Counted from the first letter of the stretch, positions 18,749 to 31,053 are shown. The stretch is 64,000 nucleotides of DNA from Minisyncoccota bacterium (GCA_036405895.1 DASWWS010000001.1:71864-135863); one strand, 5' to 3'. Program-made: numbers and translations. The notes: a model not told the origin generated them from the letters alone.

Positions 18749-20506
18749 TTATATATCCTTTCGGTTTGTTATTTCGCCGATAATGCGGGTGATGAAATCT
18801 TCAGTTGAAATATTCTCAAGCTTAAGTTCTTTTCTCCCTTCAACGGTAAGGGTATTGCTCTCTATTTCCTTGTTTCCAATGATAATTTGGTAAGGAATTT
18901 TCTCTGTCTTTGCAGAGCGGATGCGTTTGCCGAGGCTGTCGTCCGTAAGAATGGTTGCACGAATGTCGCGCGCGCGAAGCGCTGCAAGAACACCCTGCGC
19001 ATACTCATTGTGAGCTTCCGCTACAGGGATAATCGCAACCGCTGTGGGTGCAAGCCACACAGGGAAGCTTCCTGCAAAGTGTTCAATCATCACGCCCATA
19101 AAGCGCTCAAGCGACCCGCTGATTGCGCGGTGAATCACTACCGGGCGCTCCTTCTCACCTTTTTCGTTGGTAAATGAAAGGTCAAAGCGTTCAGGCAGGT
19201 TAAAGTCGCATTGAATGGTTGCAAGCTGCCACTCGCGTCCGATTGCGTCTTTGAACATAAAGTCGAGCTTTGGTCCGTAAAATGCAGCCTCGTCTTTTGC
19301 GGGAGTATAAGGAAGATTTTCCGCAATACACACTTCAGTAAGTGCGCTCTCTGCCATATTCCATACTTCATCGCCCCCAAGATATTTTGAAGTATCGTCT
19401 CCCCGAAGAGAAAGACGCACCCAGTACCCCTCAATCATGCCCATGGTCGTATAAAATGACTTGATGATAGAGACGATTGTTTTGATTTCTTCCCCAATTT
19501 GCGTTGTGCGGCAGAAGAGGTGTCCGTCATCTTGCGTGATTGAGCGCACACGGGTAAGCCCGCCAAGCTGTCCGGTCTTTTCGTCGCGGTATACAGTAGC
19601 GGGTTCAAAGTAGCGTACCGGCATGTCTCGGTACGAGAATTGGTTGTCCGCAAAGATTTGCATGTGATGCGGACAGTTCATCGGCTTTACATAAAAATCT
19701 TCTTTAGAGCTCCCACCCTTAACGGCGAACATATCGTCCATATAGTGGCCGGCGTGCCCCGATACTTCATAGAGGCTTTCTTTTGCAAGGTGTGGAGTCC
19801 AGACGCGGTCGTACCCTTTGTCTTTGTGCAATTCCCATAAATAGTCTTCTACTGCCTTTCGTACAATCATGCCGTTGGGCTGAAAGAGCGGGAGACCTGC
19901 TCCGACAAGGTCGGAAATGGTAAAGAGCTTTAATTCTTTACCAAGCTTTCGGTGGTCGCGTTTTTTTCCTTCCTCAAGCTGCCACTCATGTTTTGCAAGG
20001 TCTTCTTTTGTGGAGAAGGCGAGACCGTAGATGCGGGTGAGCATAGGATTTTTTTCGCTGCCGCGCCAGTAGGCTCCGGCAACGCGGTCGAGCTTGAAAC
20101 TTTCTGCATCAATAACACTGAGGTCTTCAGTATGTCCGCCTCGACACAGGTCGGTGAAGTTGCCCATTGTGTAGAGAGTAATAACTTCACCCTTTGCGGC
20201 GATTTCATTGATAAGTTCTTCTTTGAATTGATTTCCCTTGAAGTGCTCCAATGCTTCTTCTTTGGTCACCCGCCTGTGGGTAATAGTGGTCCAGGTAGGG
20301 AGGAGTTCGCGCATACGCATTTCAATTGCAGGGAGTTCATTGGTGCCGATGGTGCCCGCAAACTTGATGTCGTAGTAAAAGCCGTCATCAACTGCAGGTC
20401 CGAGCGTGAGCTGTGCGTCAGGATAGAGCTCCATGACCGCAGCACCAAGGAGGTGGGCGAGGGAGTGGCGGGTGTGTTCAATAGTATTGGGATTGGTGTC
20501 AGACAT
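18749..20506 (-). CDS. thrS: Threonine--tRNA ligase (short form lacking the N-terminal TGS domain)
   Basis: RHSLAHL, DLCRGGH, RDHRKLG, KPMNCPHH, GLTRVR, AFYGPK, HRAISGSLERF; start placed at 20506. Confidence 0.97.
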   Translation of the reverse strand: MSDTNPNTIEHTRHSLAHLLGAAVMELYPDAQLTLGPAVDDGFYYDIKFAGTIGTNELPAIEMRMRELLPTWTTITHRRVTKEEALEHFKGNQFKEELINEIAAKGEVITLYTMGNFTDLCRGGHTEDLSVIDAESFKLDRVAGAYWRGSEKNPMLTRIYGLAFSTKEDLAKHEWQLEEGKKRDHRKLGKELKLFTISDLVGAGLPLFQPNGMIVRKAVEDYLWELHKDKGYDRVWTPHLAKESLYEVSGHAGHYMDDMFAVKGGSSKEDFYVKPMNCPHHMQIFADNQFSYRDMPVRYFEPATVYRDEKTGQLGGLTRVRSITQDDGHLFCRTTQIGEEIKTIVSIIKSFYTTMGMIEGYWVRLSLRGDDTSKYLGGDEVWNMAESALTEVCIAENLPYTPAKDEAAFYGPKLDFMFKDAIGREWQLATIQCDFNLPERFDLSFTNEKGEKERPVVIHRAISGSLERFMGVMIEHFAGSFPVWLAPTAVAIIPVAEAHNEYAQGVLAALRARDIRATILTDDSLGKRIRSAKTEKIPYQIIIGNKEIESNTLTVEGRKELKLENISTEDFITRIIGEITNRKDI

Positions 20507-20591
20507 GAAAAAACTATAGCATTTATATGACTCCTTTGACATGCTTGACAAAATCCAGAATGTATTACAAGATGACATAAATAACTCTGAT

Positions 20592-21182
20592 ATGGTAACT
20601 AAAACAAACGAGTTTGATTTCATCACAACCGATGAATCGCTCACTGTGTACCTTTCAAATTTACCCCCAAACATTCAAATCCGATATCCTGCCTTTACTT
20701 CTTTAGACGGGTTACGGGGCGTTGTTTCTATCGTTCCACATAAAGAGAGAAAAGATTATTTTCTTACGGTTCCGTACGACCTATTAAAGGCATATCTGAC
20801 CTCTAAAAGAGTTACCGGGTATACTCGTGAGACCGTGCGAACTATCACCGCAAAAGGTCTTTTAAAAGAAACTTTTCTGCGACTTGTGGATATGACATTG
20901 CTGGGCACTATTCCTGTGTCTAATACACTGCCGGGAGCTACCGAAGACCATGTAAAAAGCACGGTGTTGGTAACAAAGTATTTTCGTAGAGACGAAAAAG
21001 AACCGTATGACTATCCTCTAAAAACCGGAACTCCGGTATGGATGCACAAGGATTTGCTCGGTCAAATATTTAAGAAGGTTGTGGAAGTCAATGGGGAGAA
21101 AAAATATCACCCCCATGCAAGGCAATATAAGCAATATCTCGATTATTTGGATTTAAAGCAGATAGAAGAATCGTTTGGGTGA
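20592..21182 (+). CDS. Hypothetical protein
   Basis: AT-richer ORF with upstream TTGACA (20545-20550); no recognised motif; start uncertain. Confidence 0.6.
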   Translation: MVTKTNEFDFITTDESLTVYLSNLPPNIQIRYPAFTSLDGLRGVVSIVPHKERKDYFLTVPYDLLKAYLTSKRVTGYTRETVRTITAKGLLKETFLRLVDMTLLGTIPVSNTLPGATEDHVKSTVLVTKYFRRDEKEPYDYPLKTGTPVWMHKDLLGQIFKKVVEVNGEKKYHPHARQYKQYLDYLDLKQIEESFG

Positions 21183-21266
21183 TAAGTGATGAAGGGTAAA
21201 GCCACTGTAGGGATACAGTGGCTTTTTATTTGCATATTTGGGGAAATAGGGTATGATGAGTCCATT

Positions 21267-21485
21267 ATGGTAGTTCGAATGAGACACACACGTGCGCATA
21301 CGGCAAATCGCCGCAGCCACCATGCCCTAAAAGACCCAGCGCTTTCCAAAGACAATGATGGCACACTGCACATCCGTCACCGCGCAAGTCTTGATGGCAT
21401 GTACAAGGGAAAGTCAGTAATTGGCGACCCGGTAAAAGCTGTTGAGAAAAAGCAGGCGAAAAGCGTGGGTAAAAAGACTAAATAG
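21267..21485 (+). CDS. rpmF: 50S ribosomal protein bL32 (no zinc-ribbon cysteines)
   Basis: MVVRMRHTRAHTANRRSHHALK...HIRHRA...GMYKGK; upstream of nusB-rnc. Confidence 0.9.
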   Translation: MVVRMRHTRAHTANRRSHHALKDPALSKDNDGTLHIRHRASLDGMYKGKSVIGDPVKAVEKKQAKSVGKKTK

Positions 21486-21500
21486 TATATAATAGTATCC

Positions 21501-22406
21501 ATGGCAAACCGCCACCTCTCGAGGTCAATTGTTCTTCAATCACTGTTCGAATGGGATTTCTCCGGCCATCCGGAGGAGCTTAAGAGTGTGATTGATCGGG
21601 ACATTGCGGAGTTCGCTCCGGGGCACAACGATACTGCATTTATCTACGAACTCGCGGAGACTGTTCAGCGCAAGCAGACAGTCATCGATGACATCATCAT
21701 GAAGGCCGCTCCCGAGTGGCCGCTCGAAAAAATTTCAAACGTTGACCGCAATGTCCTTCGCATGGGCCTTGCGGAATTATTGTTTGGCGACCGCGAACAG
21801 GTTCCTCCAAAGGTTGCAATCAACGAAGCAATCGAGCTTGCAAAAACATTCGGCGGAGAAAACTCCGGCAAGTTCGTCAACGGCGTACTCGGTGCGGTGT
21901 ATAAAGAGATCGGCGAACCGGGCAAAGATCAGGCAAGCGCACCGCGCGGAAAGAAAGTCGAAGAGCCTGTAGATCCAAGCACGCTTGTTGTGGAAGCAAA
22001 GGCGGGAGGAATCGTGCACGCGCGCCATGACGGCGTGGACTATGTTGCACTTGTCCATGATGTCTTTGGATATTGGACGCTTCCAAAAGGCGGACTTGAA
22101 GAAGGTGAGACAAACGAAATTGCCGGCAAGCGCGAGATTGAAGAGAAGCTTGGTATCGAAGTAGAGCTCGGTCCGGAGATTGGGTCTATTGATTATGTGG
22201 CATCGCATCCTGAAAAAGGGAAGATTCGCAAGGTGGTAACCTTCTATTTGGCGCAAGCACAATACCAAGAACTCGACATGCACTCAAACGGCGGACTTGA
22301 CCGCGCTGCATGGTTCCAGCTGCACGAGGTGGTTGACCTGACGATATATGATGATATATTGCCACTGATTGCGAAAGCAATCGAGCATATTACCAAGAAA
22401 GACTAG
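21501..22406 (+). CDS. nusB: Transcription antitermination factor NusB fused to a C-terminal Nudix-fold domain
   Basis: RHLSRSIVLQSLF, DRNVLR, VAINEAIELAKTFG, FVNGVLG; then KAGGIV...WTLPKGGLEEGE...REIEEKLG. Confidence 0.92.
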   Translation: MANRHLSRSIVLQSLFEWDFSGHPEELKSVIDRDIAEFAPGHNDTAFIYELAETVQRKQTVIDDIIMKAAPEWPLEKISNVDRNVLRMGLAELLFGDREQVPPKVAINEAIELAKTFGGENSGKFVNGVLGAVYKEIGEPGKDQASAPRGKKVEEPVDPSTLVVEAKAGGIVHARHDGVDYVALVHDVFGYWTLPKGGLEEGETNEIAGKREIEEKLGIEVELGPEIGSIDYVASHPEKGKIRKVVTFYLAQAQYQELDMHSNGGLDRAAWFQLHEVVDLTIYDDILPLIAKAIEHITKKD

Positions 22407-22484
22407 GCTTTAGCTTATAGGCTAGCTCAGCATACCCATGCTGTAGTTTATAAACTGAATCCTACGAACTAATTACTACTATAT

Positions 22485-23177
22485 ATGATAGATTTTACTC
22501 CTTTTGAACAGTCACTCGGCATCAGCTTTGCCGATAAGTCACTGCTCCAGCGTGCGTTCACCCACCGTTCTTTTATCAATGAAAATCCAAAAAGCGGACT
22601 TGAGCACAATGAGCGTTTTGAATTTTTGGGCGACGCCGTAATTGAGTTGATTGTTACGGACTATTTGTTTCGTGCCTACCCAAACTCTGCCGAAGGCGAG
22701 CTTACAGCGTACCGAAGCGCATTGGTGAACGCTGTTATCATGGGCGAAGTTGCAGGCGTGATCAAGATGAACGACTACCTCCTCCTTTCAAAGGGCGAGA
22801 CCAAAGACACGGGTCGTGCACGCCAGACGATTCTTGCGAACACGTATGAGTCGTTTGTCGGGGCGCTCTATCTCGATCAGGGGTATGAAGTATGCAATAC
22901 CTTTGTTACTAGCACACTCCTTCCGCGCCTAGAAGACATCATCAAGATGAAGAGTTGGAAAGACCCAAAGAGTCAGGTACAAGAAGAAGCACAGGAACGC
23001 GTGGGCGTGACGCCTTCGTACCATGTCGTTGCCGAAAGCGGACCCGACCATGACAAGCATTTCACAATCGCCATCTTCTTTGGCGAGAAGAAAATCGCCG
23101 AAGGTAAGGGCCGAAGCAAGCAAGAAGCGCAGCAGGCAGCAGCGCAGGCAGCACTCGTGGCAAAAGGCTGGGCGTAA
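22485..23177 (+). CDS. rnc: Ribonuclease III
   Basis: AFTHRS, NERFEFLGDAV, ESFVGALYLD; dsRBD with GPDHDKHF. Confidence 0.97.
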   Translation: MIDFTPFEQSLGISFADKSLLQRAFTHRSFINENPKSGLEHNERFEFLGDAVIELIVTDYLFRAYPNSAEGELTAYRSALVNAVIMGEVAGVIKMNDYLLLSKGETKDTGRARQTILANTYESFVGALYLDQGYEVCNTFVTSTLLPRLEDIIKMKSWKDPKSQVQEEAQERVGVTPSYHVVAESGPDHDKHFTIAIFFGEKKIAEGKGRSKQEAQQAAAQAALVAKGWA

Positions 23178-23180
23178 TAA

Positions 23181-23258
23181 CTAGCAAGGACGGTCCTTGC
23201 TAGGACCTAACGAGGACCGTCCTCGTTAGAATTTTTCAGAAGGACGGTCCTTCTGAAA
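23181..23258. repeat. Triple AGGAC-S-GTCCT palindrome cluster, copy 2
   Basis: CTAGCAAGGAC-G-GTCCTTGCTAG (23181-23203), CTAACGAGGAC-C-GTCCTCGTTAG (23207-23229), TTTCAGAAGGAC-G-GTCCTTCTGAAA (23234-23258). Confidence 0.9.
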
Positions 23259-23315
23259 TAAAAAATCTCGTTACAGGACGAGGTTTTTTTGTGTGCGTAC
23301 GATATACTATTGTGT

Positions 23316-25592
23316 ATGCGTCTGCAGCACATAGAGATTGCCGGATTCAAGTCGTTTGCTAAAAAGAGCACGCTTGCTTTTACGGCACCTGTGACTGCAG
23401 TGGTGGGGCCGAACGGCTCGGGAAAAAGCAATGTCGTTGAAGCGTTTCGTTTTGTACTCGGCGAGCAGTCAATGAAAAGCATGCGCGGGAAAAGCGGGGC
23501 GGACCTTATTTTCCGCGGAGGCACCGGCACAAGCAAGCTCTCTCGTGCATCAGTTTCTATTACTTTCGACAACTCCGACAAAGTGTTTGCCTTTGCGCCA
23601 AGCAGTACTGAAAGCACTGTGCGCTCACCACTATTGTTTGAGAGCGTAACATTCACGCGCGAGCTTTATGCCGACGGTACGAGCAAGTACTTGATGAATG
23701 GCGCGGAAATTCGCCTCAAGCAAATGGCTGAACTCCTGTCATCGGTGAACATTGGTTCGTCTGGTCACCATATTATTTCGCAAGGGGAAGCTGATGGTAT
23801 TTTGCGCGCGTCCCCGCGCGAACGCCGTGAAATGCTCGAAGATGCGCTCGGACTAAAGATTTACCACTACCGCATCAAGGAAAGTGAGACGAAGCTTGCC
23901 CGTGCACTCGACACCCTTAAAGAAGTGCAGTCACTGCGCCGAGAAATCGTTCCTCATTTGAAATTCTTGGCTAAGCAAGTTGAGAAAGTCGAGAAAGGCC
24001 GTGCTATCCGTGTAGAACTCGAAGGTGCTCTTATACAATATTTGGCAACAGAACGAACACATCTTGGAGAAGAAGACGCACGCATTGGTAGTGCGGAGCA
24101 ATTAATCCGCACGCGCCATGCTGACCTCTCTGCACTGTTGGAAACATTGCCCGAAGAAGGTGCTGTGCACGACACAACTGTAACCGAGCGCGCAATGCTT
24201 TCAAACACCTTAAGAGAAATTCGCGATAAGCGCCGAACACTTGAAAGTCGCATCAGCCGATTGGAGGGAATGCTCGAGGCACACCGACAAATGATTGCAC
24301 GGCAGGCTGCTGTTCCTACAACGAGCGCAAGTATTTCTTTTGCAGCAACTGAATATGGGCAGCTTGTGAGCGATATCGAATTTTTCTTAAGTAATTTGCG
24401 CAGTGCCGAGAGCATTGATGCCGTGCGTGCAACACTTAGCCAGCTTGAAAGCCTGCTTGCTCGGTTGAAGACTCGCGAGAACAAACCTGTTGCGCAGGAA
24501 AATCACAACAGCCTTTCATACGATACGCTGAAAGACACGGCTCTTGAAATGGAAGGATTGCAAAAAGACCTTATCGCACTGTTGGGACAGGAAGATGAAG
24601 TAGTGGCGCGCATCAACACGCTTGAGCTTGCGCGTGAAGCGCTCTTAACCGGCAACCAAGAGAGCACTCGCAAGCGATACGAACTGCAAAGCGATATCCG
24701 CCAATGCGAAGCTGAGCTTCAAATTTTGGCCGTTTCTAAAAGCGCATTTCTTGAGCGCAAAGAATATTTTGATGCAGAGCTCAAGGAAGCAGGCTTTCTT
24801 TTCGGGCCGTCATTTATTCATGCTCTTCAGGCGGCGCAAGCGCTTCCGGAACTGAATTTGCACGACATGAAGCGGAGTATTGACCGCTTGAAGATTCGCC
24901 TTGATGAGCATTCAGGAATAGGTAACGACGTAACGGCAGAATACGAAGCGACAAAAGAGCGCGACGAATTCCTTGCTCGCGAAGTGACCGATATCGAAGC
25001 AAGCATTCGCAACCTCGAGTCGCTCATTATTGATTTGAAAAAGCTCTTGGATGAAAAGTTCACGACAGGGGTGACAGTAATCAACGAGCGCTTTGGAGAA
25101 TTCTTTAAAACAATGTTTGGAGGGGGAAGCGCATTCCTTTCAGTGACTATTGAAAAAAAGCGAAAGAAAAGAACGGACGAATCGCTCGATGATATGGACG
25201 GGGAACCAATGGATGAAAATGATGACCGATTCTTTGAGCGAGGTATTGACGTGCATGTAAATTTGCCGGAGAAAAAGGTGAAAGAGCTTCATATGCTCTC
25301 AGGGGGCGAGCGATCACTTGTTTCTATTGCGCTCCTCTTCGCGATCTCCCAAGTGAACCCACCACCATTTTTAGTGCTCGACGAAACCGATGCAGCACTC
25401 GATGAAGCAAACTCTCGCCGTTATGGAGACATGATAGAACTGTTGGCTGCCTATTCACAACTTATTGTGGTGACCCACAACCGCGAAACGATGTCGCGTG
25501 CAAGCGTGCTCTATGGAGTTACTCTTGGTGCAGACAGCGCTTCAAAACTCCTCTCGATTAAGTTCGATGATGCAGTGAAGGTAGCGAAATAA
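23316..25592 (+). CDS. smc: SMC-family ATPase, short form (~758 aa)
   Basis: GFKSF, GPNGSGKSNV, IISQG, LSGGERSL, LDETDAALDEAN, VTHN; rnc-smc synteny. Confidence 0.9.
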   Translation: MRLQHIEIAGFKSFAKKSTLAFTAPVTAVVGPNGSGKSNVVEAFRFVLGEQSMKSMRGKSGADLIFRGGTGTSKLSRASVSITFDNSDKVFAFAPSSTESTVRSPLLFESVTFTRELYADGTSKYLMNGAEIRLKQMAELLSSVNIGSSGHHIISQGEADGILRASPRERREMLEDALGLKIYHYRIKESETKLARALDTLKEVQSLRREIVPHLKFLAKQVEKVEKGRAIRVELEGALIQYLATERTHLGEEDARIGSAEQLIRTRHADLSALLETLPEEGAVHDTTVTERAMLSNTLREIRDKRRTLESRISRLEGMLEAHRQMIARQAAVPTTSASISFAATEYGQLVSDIEFFLSNLRSAESIDAVRATLSQLESLLARLKTRENKPVAQENHNSLSYDTLKDTALEMEGLQKDLIALLGQEDEVVARINTLELAREALLTGNQESTRKRYELQSDIRQCEAELQILAVSKSAFLERKEYFDAELKEAGFLFGPSFIHALQAAQALPELNLHDMKRSIDRLKIRLDEHSGIGNDVTAEYEATKERDEFLAREVTDIEASIRNLESLIIDLKKLLDEKFTTGVTVINERFGEFFKTMFGGGSAFLSVTIEKKRKKRTDESLDDMDGEPMDENDDRFFERGIDVHVNLPEKKVKELHMLSGGERSLVSIALLFAISQVNPPPFLVLDETDAALDEANSRRYGDMIELLAAYSQLIVVTHNRETMSRASVLYGVTLGADSASKLLSIKFDDAVKVAK

Positions 25593-25595
25593 TCT

Positions 25596-26774
25596 ATGCA
25601 AGAACACTTTCCTCATTCAGATAGCCACTCTCTCGAATCGCGAATAGATGCAATTGTTGAACGACAGCTGCGTGAAATCGAACTTCAGCAAGAAGGGGTG
25701 CAGCCGGAGCAATTGGCAGTATATCGAGAAAAAGCAAACGAGTTCAAAAAAAGATTACCCGAAATGATGGATGATGAAGCTAAAGAATATTTAGCGGGCG
25801 TAAATGATGAAGAGTTCGGAGCATTAGTATTGCCAGCCCTTGCACGGCAGCATGAAAGAGGAAAAGAACATGTTCCGTTGACGAAAATCCAACTTCAAAA
25901 CATACTTTTATACCGAAAGGTATACGGGTATGGACATCCTGACTTGGAAAAACGAATCGAGCAGCATCCCATGCCTACAGCTGCAGAACTATTGCTTGGC
26001 TGCTACGCCGAACAACTTGAAGAACAGACTCGTGATGCTGTATTACTGATGAGAAAAAAAGGATATGATACTGTTCAATCTGGTTTTCACGATACATTGA
26101 AAGGTTCGCAATTTTTTGATATTTATGAAGCGAATCAAACAATGGTACCCCAAGAAATCATTGATGAAATGAAGAGTCGGTTTGGAGTGGATGTAACCAG
26201 TAAACGTCACAAGTCATCCGAGAGGACGGATATTGATCTCGTACCTACGGGGTTCAAAGATATTGCGGACTGGAAGGAAACCCTTAATCACTTCGCTGCA
26301 ATTATGCCGACGAAAGAAGAACAAGGTTTGGGTCAATACGGTATGGGTGTTGATTTTATCTATGATGCTATAAAGACATATAAGAAGGAGGATATATTGG
26401 AAACTGCTGAAACAGATCAGCAGCGTGTGTTAGTTGAGCGTTTATATGAATGCAAAAATAAGGAAGAGGTGATTTTGTTGTTACATAAAGAATCTGATTC
26501 GGCTGAACAAAGAGTGGTAGAGGAAAGACTAAAAGAAGAAGCTAAAAAAGATTTCTCGCCGGATACTGTTGAAGCTATTAATCAAATAATAAGTGAATTC
26601 ATCTCAGCATCTTTTGTTATCGATAAAGAAGATATTGAAGCCGGGTTGCAGATAATCCGGGATCAGTGCACTCACATTGGAGAAATTTATACTGACGATG
26701 CGTCTCATGGCAAGCTTTTCGCAATAATTAATCAAGCGATTCAGTATCTTGAAAACCGCTTGGAGAAAAAATAA
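25596..26774 (+). CDS. Hypothetical acidic helical protein
   Basis: 392-aa ORF starting 3 nt after the smc stop; no recognised family. Confidence 0.65.
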   Translation: MQEHFPHSDSHSLESRIDAIVERQLREIELQQEGVQPEQLAVYREKANEFKKRLPEMMDDEAKEYLAGVNDEEFGALVLPALARQHERGKEHVPLTKIQLQNILLYRKVYGYGHPDLEKRIEQHPMPTAAELLLGCYAEQLEEQTRDAVLLMRKKGYDTVQSGFHDTLKGSQFFDIYEANQTMVPQEIIDEMKSRFGVDVTSKRHKSSERTDIDLVPTGFKDIADWKETLNHFAAIMPTKEEQGLGQYGMGVDFIYDAIKTYKKEDILETAETDQQRVLVERLYECKNKEEVILLLHKESDSAEQRVVEERLKEEAKKDFSPDTVEAINQIISEFISASFVIDKEDIEAGLQIIRDQCTHIGEIYTDDASHGKLFAIINQAIQYLENRLEKK

Positions 26775-26797
26775 AAACCTATCTTTATGATAGGTTT

Positions 26798-27487
26798 TTA
26801 TTTTTTCTCAATTTTCTCTAAATCTTCAAACGAATTGCATGGCTGCCAGAAGGTGAGACGGTGGGCGAAGAGTGGGTAGGTGTCGACTTGTTTCAAAAGC
26901 GTTTGCGGCAAGCCGAATTCGTTGTCTATTTGCTCAACAGCAGGAAAAGAAAAAATGCGGCTGTCGAGAAGGTACATGCCGTTGGCGAATGTATCCTCTA
27001 CAAGCTCTTCTCTGTTTTCTTGAGGGTGCCGCTCCAAGCCCTCAACGTTTCCCTCGCGTGAGATTTTTATACTGTGATATTTTGCAGGCATGGTGGTTGC
27101 TGTCACACCCATTCCTATTTTTTTGCTCTCTACCACTGTTTCAAGTTCGCTCTTGGTGAAGAGGTCATCGCAATTGAGTACAAGAAATTGTTCACCTTCT
27201 TCAAATAGATCCTTTGCACAATAGACTGAGGGCCAGGTCCCGCAGATAGCAACTGGCTGAGGAACATAGATAACTTTTTTGTTGTTGTAGAGAGTGCCAA
27301 TACGCTCTTCAATCAAAGCACTTAAGTATTTTGTTGTGATGATAACAGTGTCGATGCTCTCGGGGAGGGAATTGAGAACTTCTTCCAAAAGAGTGCTTTT
27401 TCCAACCGGTATCAAGGCTTTTGGGACGCTGTCAGTGAGGGGTTGTAGTCGTGTACCTTTTCCGCCGGCGAGAATAATAGCTTTCAT
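26798..27487 (-). CDS. Sugar-phosphate nucleotidyltransferase
   Basis: MKAIILAGGKGTRLQPLT..PKALIPV, LVLNCDDL. Confidence 0.88.
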   Translation of the reverse strand: MKAIILAGGKGTRLQPLTDSVPKALIPVGKSTLLEEVLNSLPESIDTVIITTKYLSALIEERIGTLYNNKKVIYVPQPVAICGTWPSVYCAKDLFEEGEQFLVLNCDDLFTKSELETVVESKKIGMGVTATTMPAKYHSIKISREGNVEGLERHPQENREELVEDTFANGMYLLDSRIFSFPAVEQIDNEFGLPQTLLKQVDTYPLFAHRLTFWQPCNSFEDLEKIEKK

Positions 27488-27546
27488 TGCAATTAATACT
27501 ACCGTAAAAAAATAAAAAGCTATAGCGGGTGCCGCTATAGCTTTAG

Positions 27547-28071
27547 TTACTTTTTCTTGGAGAAATACTTTTTCCGTTTCCAGAAGCGTCTTTCGTAGAG
27601 CAATCCTTCCTGGATTTCTCTTGTTTCTTGAAACTTTAGATAGGTGAAGTACATCCATAATGCCCCTGAAGAGAAATCCCTCCAGTTCTCCATGATTTCT
27701 TTGTGAAAAAAGAACCGAGAGTCCGTGTGGTCATGACTAAGCGTGACTGTGGGGCGCTTTCCGGGTAAATTGCAATAATACAAGAACAGAGAACCATATT
27801 GAATGCCGCCAAACTCATCAGACGTTTCGATGTGAAGGCGTTGTCCTAAGACTGCATAGAGTCGCAGTTTTTTCTCTGAAATTTTAACCCCTGCTTCTTC
27901 TTCGATTTCTCGAATCAGAACCCCTTTGTGCTTGAACTCATCATTGTTGGTTCCGCCTCCAGAAAGTTCCCACAGGCCATTGTCTTCGCGCTTGAGCCAT
28001 AAGCTCTGCTCCTCGTGCCGGATTAGTCCGAACGAGCTGTTAATGGAGCGTTCTATATGAGGTCGTACCAT
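27547..28071 (-). CDS. Nudix hydrolase
   Basis: WELSGGG...IREIEEEAG Nudix box; LSHDH. Confidence 0.75.
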   Translation of the reverse strand: MVRPHIERSINSSFGLIRHEEQSLWLKREDNGLWELSGGGTNNDEFKHKGVLIREIEEEAGVKISEKKLRLYAVLGQRLHIETSDEFGGIQYGSLFLYYCNLPGKRPTVTLSHDHTDSRFFFHKEIMENWRDFSSGALWMYFTYLKFQETREIQEGLLYERRFWKRKKYFSKKK

Positions 28072-28259
28072 ATGTATATTTTTTTGAAACAGTACTACCA
28101 TTTGTCAATAAAAGCAAACTGCTTTTATTCTGAAAAGAAAAAGAAGGAAGGGGCACATTTTCTAGAGGGATTATCCTTGAACAAGCCTAGTTCCAAAAGC
28201 CCTTAAAACAGGGGATTTTTTGCTGGAAAAAGGCTCAAAAAAGCCTTGTGAACAAATGC

Positions 28260-28287
28260 TTGACTTTGATTTTCAGGTGTATATAAT
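28260..28287 (+). promoter_or_regulatory. Sigma70-type rRNA promoter
   Basis: TTGACT-16 nt-TATAAT upstream of 16S; boxA-like GTTGTTTGAAAA about 30 nt downstream. Confidence 0.7.
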
Positions 28288-28472
28288 AGGGGTCGCTCTG
28301 GAGATAGGGCTGTGTTGTTTGAAAATCTATTGTTAAGAATTAAAATGAACGCAAATATCTATTAAAGAAACCTAACTATTCCAAGTTAATTAAGTAAGGA
28401 GGCAAGCATACGGAGATTCGGAAATACCAATTTTCTCTTGCCTCAGTCTAAGATGTAGTTTTAAACTTATCT

Positions 28473-30193
<1,721 letters not shown>

Positions 30194-30395
30194 TTGAGAT
30201 GTTTTCTCATTGTCCCTCGTGGATGGTGATAAGATTGATACGGTTGAACCGGCGCAAGTCGGAAAAAGGTTGTGGTATGTGACTTAATACATACTCCCTG
30301 TGCAAGGGTTAGAGCACAAAAATCCTCTCGTACGTATCTATAGAGCGTATGAGCGGTAGACTGAGGCAAAAGAAAGTTGATATACTTTACTGGTA

Positions 30396-30869
30396 ATGGC
30401 ATTCATTCAAAACAATAGATTTTTTATACTACTAGGAATTGCACTCCTTTCATTAGGGGTGCTTTTTCTATTGTTGGGCCAGGGCACCCGTACTATAGTG
30501 CCCGGCTTTACTGATGGCACCCTGGTGAGCGGCAGTACCCGCATAGCGGTAAGCATTGCCGACAGCGAGTCTGAGCGCGTGCAGGGCTTATCCAATACCG
30601 ATCCGCTGCCGAAAGGTGTGGGCAAGTTTTTTATCTTCGATACGCCTGAAATGCATGGGTTTTGGATGAAGGATATGCGCTATGCAATAGATATTATATG
30701 GCTTGATGCGCAGATGAGGGTTGTTTCAATAAAAACGGGCGCCGCCCCTGAAAGCTATCCAGAAACATTCTACCCAAGCGCTGAATCTCTCTACGTACTC
30801 GAGGTGCCGTCCGGGTTTTCCACAGCAAAGAGCATTGAAGTGGGGCAAACGTTCACACTTCTGAAATAA
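30396..30869 (+). CDS. DUF192 domain protein
   Basis: ERVQGLS, FIFD, FWMKDMRYAIDIIW, YVLEVPSG. Confidence 0.9.
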   Translation: MAFIQNNRFFILLGIALLSLGVLFLLLGQGTRTIVPGFTDGTLVSGSTRIAVSIADSESERVQGLSNTDPLPKGVGKFFIFDTPEMHGFWMKDMRYAIDIIWLDAQMRVVSIKTGAAPESYPETFYPSAESLYVLEVPSGFSTAKSIEVGQTFTLLK

Positions 30870-31053
30870 TTTATTTCGCCCCCGATTGGCCGCTGGTCAG
30901 AGAGATTGATGTATAACACTCTCTGGACAGAAGTCTTTACAAGAAAAAATTTTTATATCATTGCGCCAAAAAATGGAACAGAACTTCGTTGTTATCCTCG
31001 TATTTTTGTATACTATACGAAGTTTTAATTAATAGGTAAGCGGGGGAAACGAG

